64,000 bases of DNA from Thermoplasmata archaeon (GTDB taxonomy: Archaea; Thermoplasmatota; Thermoplasmata; Lutacidiplasmatales; UBA184): the NCBI GenBank assembly GCA_035622275.1, contig DASPVQ010000001.1, positions 10,607-74,606 on the forward strand. The letters run 5' to 3'. Position numbers and translations under genes: made by a program. How positions within the stretch are numbered: the first letter of the stretch is position 1; the number at the start of each line of letters is the position of its first letter. This document shows positions 59,408 through 64,000 of this stretch, piece after piece. Under the pieces are notes generated by a model. That model was not told where the DNA came from, ran no database searches, and saw only the letters and a list, made by a program, of their open reading frames with translations.

Positions 59408-59586
59408 AGCCCGATCTGCTCGAGATCCTTCGCTGCCCGGTCTGCCGCGGCGAGCTCGGGCTGGTCACCCGGCGGACCGAGGGCGACGAGATCGTCGACG
59501 GCACGCTCACGTGCGCGCGGTGCCGCGTCGACTACCCGATCGCCGATGGGATCCCGGACCTGTTGCCACCGGACGAGCGCGACTGA
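59404..59586 (+). CDS. trm112: Trm112 family methyltransferase partner
   Basis: LLEILRCPVCRG..LTCARC..YPIADGIPDLLP. Confidence 0.9.
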   Translation: MKPDLLEILRCPVCRGELGLVTRRTEGDEIVDGTLTCARCRVDYPIADGIPDLLPPDERD

Positions 59587-59603
59587 GCGGATCGACCGCC
59601 CGC

Positions 59604-60032
59604 TCAGACCCCGAGCCGGTAGTAGTAGCCGGCGATGAGCACAAACCCCGCGATCGCAGCCGCGATCGCCGGGGCCACCCAGCGGATGGCTCCTCGGGAG
59701 CGGGCCTGGACCGATGCGCCGACCGAGACCAGCGGGATGGCGAAGGCGAGCCAGTAACCCGTGAGCACGGTCGTGTACAGCGCGAGCGCGGCGCGGTTGC
59801 CGTCGGGGTAGCGGAGGGCCAGCAGCGTCACGAGCGCGACGGAGCTCGCGAGGAATCCGAGGCTCACGCCGGCGGCGTCCAGGTATCCCTCGAACGCCCG
59901 GCGGCCGCGGGTCCGCAAGCGCAGCGCGAGGGCCAGCACGACGAACAGCGCGAGCGTGCCGACGAGCACGAAGAACCCCGGCGTCGCGAGCGGGAGCGGA
60001 TTCGTCCCGGGGCCCGGCATCGGCAGATCCAT
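59604..60032 (-). CDS. hypothetical membrane protein (about 4 TM)
   Basis: four hydrophobic segments; follows the cyclase gene on the same strand. Confidence 0.7.
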   Translation of the reverse strand: MDLPMPGPGTNPLPLATPGFFVLVGTLALFVVLALALRLRTRGRRAFEGYLDAAGVSLGFLASSVALVTLLALRYPDGNRAALALYTTVLTGYWLAFAIPLVSVGASVQARSRGAIRWVAPAIAAAIAGFVLIAGYYYRLGV

Positions 60033-60040
60033 GGGTCCGG

Positions 60041-60670
60041 CTACCGGGACGTCAGCAAGGCCCGCGCGGGGCCGCCATCCCCCCCGCGAAGGCGCAGGGG
60101 CAGGCACGCGAGCTCGTAGGCTCCGGGCGCGACCGACCCGAGGAGCAGGCCCTCGAGGATCAGCGCCCCGGACCCGAGGAGCGCGTGATGGACCGGAAAG
60201 CTCCCGGACGGATCCGACTCCACCGAGAGAGCGTCGATTCCCACGAGGCGGAGCCCACGCGCGGCCAGCGCTCGCGCCGCGCTCGGAGCCAGGGCGACGT
60301 AGTCCGGGAAGAACCGCAGCTCGTGCTGCCAGCGCGCCGAATTCGCGGTGCGAAACAGAACGCGCTCCGTTCCCGGAGGGATCGCGTCGACGTCGGCGGG
60401 CCCGACCTCTCGCGCCTCTTCGTCGACGGTCACCACGTGACAGCGACCGTTGAGCGCTCCGAGATCGATCGCGTCGATCGCCGGCGCGCCGGGGAGAAAG
60501 TGGCAGGGCGGATCGACGTGGGTCCCGGCGTGGGTGCCCAAGACGAGCCGGGAGACGTTGTAGGCATCGCCGCGCGCGATCGAGCGGTCGGGGGTGATCG
60601 AGTACTCCGGGTCGCCCGGGAACGACGGCATTCCGGCGAATAGGGGCATCGAGACGTCGATCCGGACCAT
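60041..60670 (-). CDS. cyclase family protein (kynurenine formamidase-like)
   Basis: HAGTHVDPPCH, GIDALS, HHALL..ILEGL, PLRLRGGDGGPARA. Confidence 0.92.
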   Translation of the reverse strand: MVRIDVSMPLFAGMPSFPGDPEYSITPDRSIARGDAYNVSRLVLGTHAGTHVDPPCHFLPGAPAIDAIDLGALNGRCHVVTVDEEAREVGPADVDAIPPGTERVLFRTANSARWQHELRFFPDYVALAPSAARALAARGLRLVGIDALSVESDPSGSFPVHHALLGSGALILEGLLLGSVAPGAYELACLPLRLRGGDGGPARALLTSR

Positions 60671-60787
60671 CGGGGGGTCGCAGGTCGGGGGGTCGCCTTA
60701 ACGGTTGGGTCCGTCGCGGTCCGCCGGCATCGGCCGGCGTTCGGGTCGAGCCGAAGGGTTAAGCGGACCTGCCGGCAGCGGAGCCCG

Positions 60788-62107
60788 ATGTCCCGGGCCG
60801 ACGACCCGGAGCTCGACGACGCGGACGAGCCGGAGGAGGATCGACGGCGGCGCCGTCGCGCGGCGCGGCATCCGCCGCCCCGCCGGACGCGGTCCGCGCG
60901 CCCGGTCCAGCGCTGGCGCGGGGGAGACGACGCGGAGGACGACGGGGAGGACGAGCTCGAGGCGCCCCGCACGCGTCGACGGTGGTTCTTCCGCGAGAAG
61001 ACGCCGGTCTATTGGAGGGCGCGCGATTCGCTTTACTTCGAGCCGCTCGTCGCGGTCGCGATCATCGTGATCCTTCTCGTCGGGCTGTACGCCTACACCC
61101 AGAACTGGCCGCCGATCTATGTGGTCGAGTCCCAGAGCATGCAGCACGGCTCGACGGACATCCTCGGTGTGATCAACACGGGCGATCTCGTCCTGGCGCA
61201 GCGGGTCCCGACGAGCGCGATCACGCCCTACGTGACCGGGATGCGCACGGGCTACTCCACGTACGGAGAGTACGGCGACGTGCTGCTGTACTATCCGAAC
61301 GGCGTCGGCCCGACGCCGATCATCCATCGAGCGATCCTGTTCCTACAATGGAATCCGGCCAACGGCGGCAGCTACAACGCGACGGATCTGTCCGGGCTCC
61401 CCTGCGGGACCGCGGCCGGGGCGTTCTACAACTCGTCCAGCCCGTACGGCGCCTGCTACGTCCACGACCTCACCGGTCCGCTCACGCTCTACCACGTCGG
61501 GTGGTCGGACGTTACCGTGTCGCTCGACCTCTCCCCGACGCTCCTGGGCGCCCACTCGGGCTTCGTCACCATGGGCGACTACAACTTCAACCGCCCTTGC
61601 ACCCCGGGAGTGAACTGCGTCGGAGAGTCCGACCAGGGCTCCGGGCTGAGCGCGCTCGTGGAGCCGGGGTGGATCGTCGGCGTCGCCCGCGGGATGCTCC
61701 CCTGGTTCGGCGCCTTCAAGTTGCTCCTCGAGGGAAACGCGGCGGAGGTCCCGTCCCAGTCCTGGCAGTTCCTCGGACTGACGATCGTCGGGCTCATTCT
61801 GCTGGCCTTCGGGATCCACTACGCCCTGCGGGCCGAGGGTATCGAAGACCCCCGCCGTCGCCGGCAGGAAGAGGAGGAGGTCGAACGCGACGAACCGGAG
61901 GACGAGACGCCGCCGAGTCGTACGCGACGGTTCCTGCGGGGGCTGCGGGCCTGGCGCCGCCCGGAGGAGGACGAGGAGGACGCGGTCGACCCCAAGCCTC
62001 CGCGCGACACCGCGGCCCGCCGCTCGCCGAGCCGGGGCCGACCGGCGCCGCGCGTCCGCCGCGCGCGCGCCAAGCGCTCCGCCGACGATTCGGACGAAGA
62101 CCTGTAG
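60788..62107 (+). CDS. signal peptidase I (S26, archaeal/ER type) with long insertion and charged tails
   Basis: VVESQSMQH (Ser), GDLV, IIHRA (His), VTMGD, WIVGVARG. Confidence 0.85.
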   Translation: MSRADDPELDDADEPEEDRRRRRRAARHPPPRRTRSARPVQRWRGGDDAEDDGEDELEAPRTRRRWFFREKTPVYWRARDSLYFEPLVAVAIIVILLVGLYAYTQNWPPIYVVESQSMQHGSTDILGVINTGDLVLAQRVPTSAITPYVTGMRTGYSTYGEYGDVLLYYPNGVGPTPIIHRAILFLQWNPANGGSYNATDLSGLPCGTAAGAFYNSSSPYGACYVHDLTGPLTLYHVGWSDVTVSLDLSPTLLGAHSGFVTMGDYNFNRPCTPGVNCVGESDQGSGLSALVEPGWIVGVARGMLPWFGAFKLLLEGNAAEVPSQSWQFLGLTIVGLILLAFGIHYALRAEGIEDPRRRRQEEEEVERDEPEDETPPSRTRRFLRGLRAWRRPEEDEEDAVDPKPPRDTAARRSPSRGRPAPRVRRARAKRSADDSDEDL

Positions 62108-62183
62108 CGCCCGCCCCCGCCGGCTCCGGCGCCGGGCAAACCTTTAGTCCCTTTCTCCGTCCGTTTCGCCAGGGGCGCCGGGG

Positions 62184-63059
62184 ATGCATGTCATCGGAGG
62201 TACCGCCTCCACCGCGCTCGCCGAGCGCATCTCCCGGGAGCTGAGCAACGCGCCCTTCGCGATCCCGTTCACCAAGCGATTCCCGGACGGCGAACTGTAC
62301 GTCCGTGTCGGGGGCCGGCTCGAGGGAGAGGATGTCGTCGTCGTGCAGTCGACCCGGACCGACCAGGACCTGGTGGAGCTGCTGTTGCTCGAAGACGCGG
62401 TTCGCGAGGCCGGCGCGCGTCGCGTGTTCGTCGTCGTCCCGTACTTCGGCTACGCGCGGCAAGACCGCCGCTTCTTCCCCGGCGAGGCGGTCAGCGCGCG
62501 CGCGCTCTGCCGACACGTCGAGCTCGACGCCGACGTGGTCATCACCGTGGACCTGCACTCGAGCGCGACGCTCCACCAGTTCACGAAGCCTGCCTTCGAG
62601 GCCAGCGGCATCCCCGCGATCGCGCGCCTGTTGCGCGAGCGGCCGGTCGACCTATTGGTCTCTCCCGACCGGGGCGGGATCGATCGGGTGCGACGGATGG
62701 CCCAGATCCTGGACAAGCCGTGGCTCGCTCTGGAAAAAAAGCGCATCGACAGCGAGCACGTCGAGCTCTCCCTGCCCGGCGAGATCCCCGTGCCCCTCGG
62801 TGGGAAGCAGGTCGTGATCGTCGACGATGTGATCACGACAGGCGGGACGATCGTCGAGGCGGCGAAGCTGCTCAAGCGGCGCCAGGTCGCCGCCATCAGC
62901 GCCGCGTGCACCCACGGCCTCTTCCTGCGCGACGCGTTCGAGCGGATCAAGGCCGTGACGGACGACGTCTACTCGACCGACACGCTCGGCAACCCCGCCG
63001 AGAAGGCGTCGGTCGCTCCGGACATCGCTCAGATCCTGCTGCGGGAATCCGGCGGCTGA
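62184..63059 (+). CDS. prs: ribose-phosphate diphosphokinase
   Basis: RFPDGE, PYFGYARQDR, VDLH, SPDRGG, VDDVITTGGT. Confidence 0.96.
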   Translation: MHVIGGTASTALAERISRELSNAPFAIPFTKRFPDGELYVRVGGRLEGEDVVVVQSTRTDQDLVELLLLEDAVREAGARRVFVVVPYFGYARQDRRFFPGEAVSARALCRHVELDADVVITVDLHSSATLHQFTKPAFEASGIPAIARLLRERPVDLLVSPDRGGIDRVRRMAQILDKPWLALEKKRIDSEHVELSLPGEIPVPLGGKQVVIVDDVITTGGTIVEAAKLLKRRQVAAISAACTHGLFLRDAFERIKAVTDDVYSTDTLGNPAEKASVAPDIAQILLRESGG

Positions 63060-63074
63060 GCGGGCGGAGATCAC

Positions 63075-64000
63075 ATGGACGCTCCGCGAGCGACCCGCGG
63101 CGCTCCGGCGGAGGAGCTCCTGGAGCTCGTCCAGCTCGTGCGCCGCGAGCTGATCGTGCTCGAAGAGGGTCCGACGGGGGCGTGGGTCGAGGAGACCGCG
63201 CGCGACCTGCGCTCGGGCGCGAAGACCGGGCTCTACGTTCCGATCGCGGCCGGCGGAGGCCTCGCCTTTCGCTCCGACCGCGGCGGGGCCTCGTTCGCGC
63301 ACGTGCACGTGGGCCCCGGCGCCGGGGCGCCGGAACGCGCGGAGGCGCTCGCCAGAGCGCTGATCGAGGGACTGCCGGCCGAGATCCGATCCGTGAGCCT
63401 CGGCTTCACCGGCCTCACGACCGACGACGAGGCGCCGATGCTGGTGCGGCTCGCCGGGCGCCCGGGCTCGACCGTGATCCGCCGATTTGCCATGGAGCGG
63501 AGTCTCGGGCCGACCGACGCGACACCCCTCCCGCCGGTCCCCGACGCGCTGCGGATGCTCCCGGCACGCGACGTGACGGTGGACGCCCTCGCCGACCTCG
63601 ACCGACGGGCGTTCGAAGGCACGACCGACGAACTCCTCATCGGCTCGGAGCCCCTCTCCTACCGACGCGTCATCGAGGCGATCCTGGCCGGTGAGGTCGG
63701 CCGCTTTCTCGACGAGGCCTCGACCGCGCTCTACCGATCCGACCCGCCGCGCCTGCTCGGTGCGCTGCTCACCTGCGAGAAATCGCCGCGACACGCCTCG
63801 TTCCTCGACTTCATGGTCGAGCCGCATGCTCGACGTCGAGGCTACGGCCGGTATCTCTTGCATTGGGGCTTCCGCGCGCTCTGGGCGCTCGGCTACGAGC
63901 GGGTGCGGCTCTGGGTCAGCGAGAGCAACGTCGCCGCCCGGGGGTTGTACGACGCCGAGGGGTTTCGCGTGACCCACGAGACGACGATCTATCGCTGGGA
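63075..64000 (+). CDS. GNAT acetyltransferase, two-domain (3' truncated by window edge)
   Basis: open frame read by hand from ATG 63075; C-terminal VEPHARRRGYGRYLL..LWVSESNVAARGLY..GF. Confidence 0.8.
   Translation, partial: MDAPRATRGAPAEELLELVQLVRRELIVLEEGPTGAWVEETARDLRSGAKTGLYVPIAAGGGLAFRSDRGGASFAHVHVGPGAGAPERAEALARALIEGLPAEIRSVSLGFTGLTTDDEAPMLVRLAGRPGSTVIRRFAMERSLGPTDATPLPPVPDALRMLPARDVTVDALADLDRRAFEGTTDELLIGSEPLSYRRVIEAILAGEVGRFLDEASTALYRSDPPRLLGALLTCEKSPRHASFLDFMVEPHARRRGYGRYLLHWGFRALWALGYERVRLWVSESNVAARGLYDAEGFRVTHETTIYRW

Overview
A very GC-rich archaeal chromosomal segment, most likely Thermoplasmata (inferred from archaeal-type r-proteins, a SecY with two extra N-terminal TM helices, no L34e/L14e in the secY-cmk block, and a DUF835 protein). 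It is mostly housekeeping: dnaK, a cysteine desulfurase, a PAC2 proteasome chaperone, the HMG-CoA synthase/thiolase/DUF35 mevalonate cluster, the S10/spc-type r-protein superoperon (L3 to L15, secY, DUF106, cmk, cbf5), a formate dehydrogenase/Moco cluster, an MMPL transporter, PCNA, AlaX, glycosyltransferases, SlyD, MeaB/B12-binding domain, prepilin peptidase, S6e-aIF2gamma-Trm112, signal peptidase and PRPP synthetase. I saw no mobile elements or CRISPR arrays. The main observations are: (1) both tRNA genes (Ala-GGC, Arg-UCU) carry a GC-hairpin intron at the non-canonical T-loop position 59/60, with the same relaxed bulge-helix-bulge geometry; (2) the thiolase in the HMGCS-thiolase-DUF35 operon has lost its catalytic Cys and His (apparent pseudo-enzyme), while an intact bacterial-type thiolase lies elsewhere in the window; (3) a CysRS-like protein lacks the anticodon-recognition domain (MshC-like architecture); (4) a Bacillus ForCE-like Cys-Gln formate dehydrogenase with a DUF1641 partner; (5) low-complexity/RGG extensions on several r-proteins and two likely unannotated micro membrane proteins. 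All product calls come from motif recognition by eye; no database searches were run.
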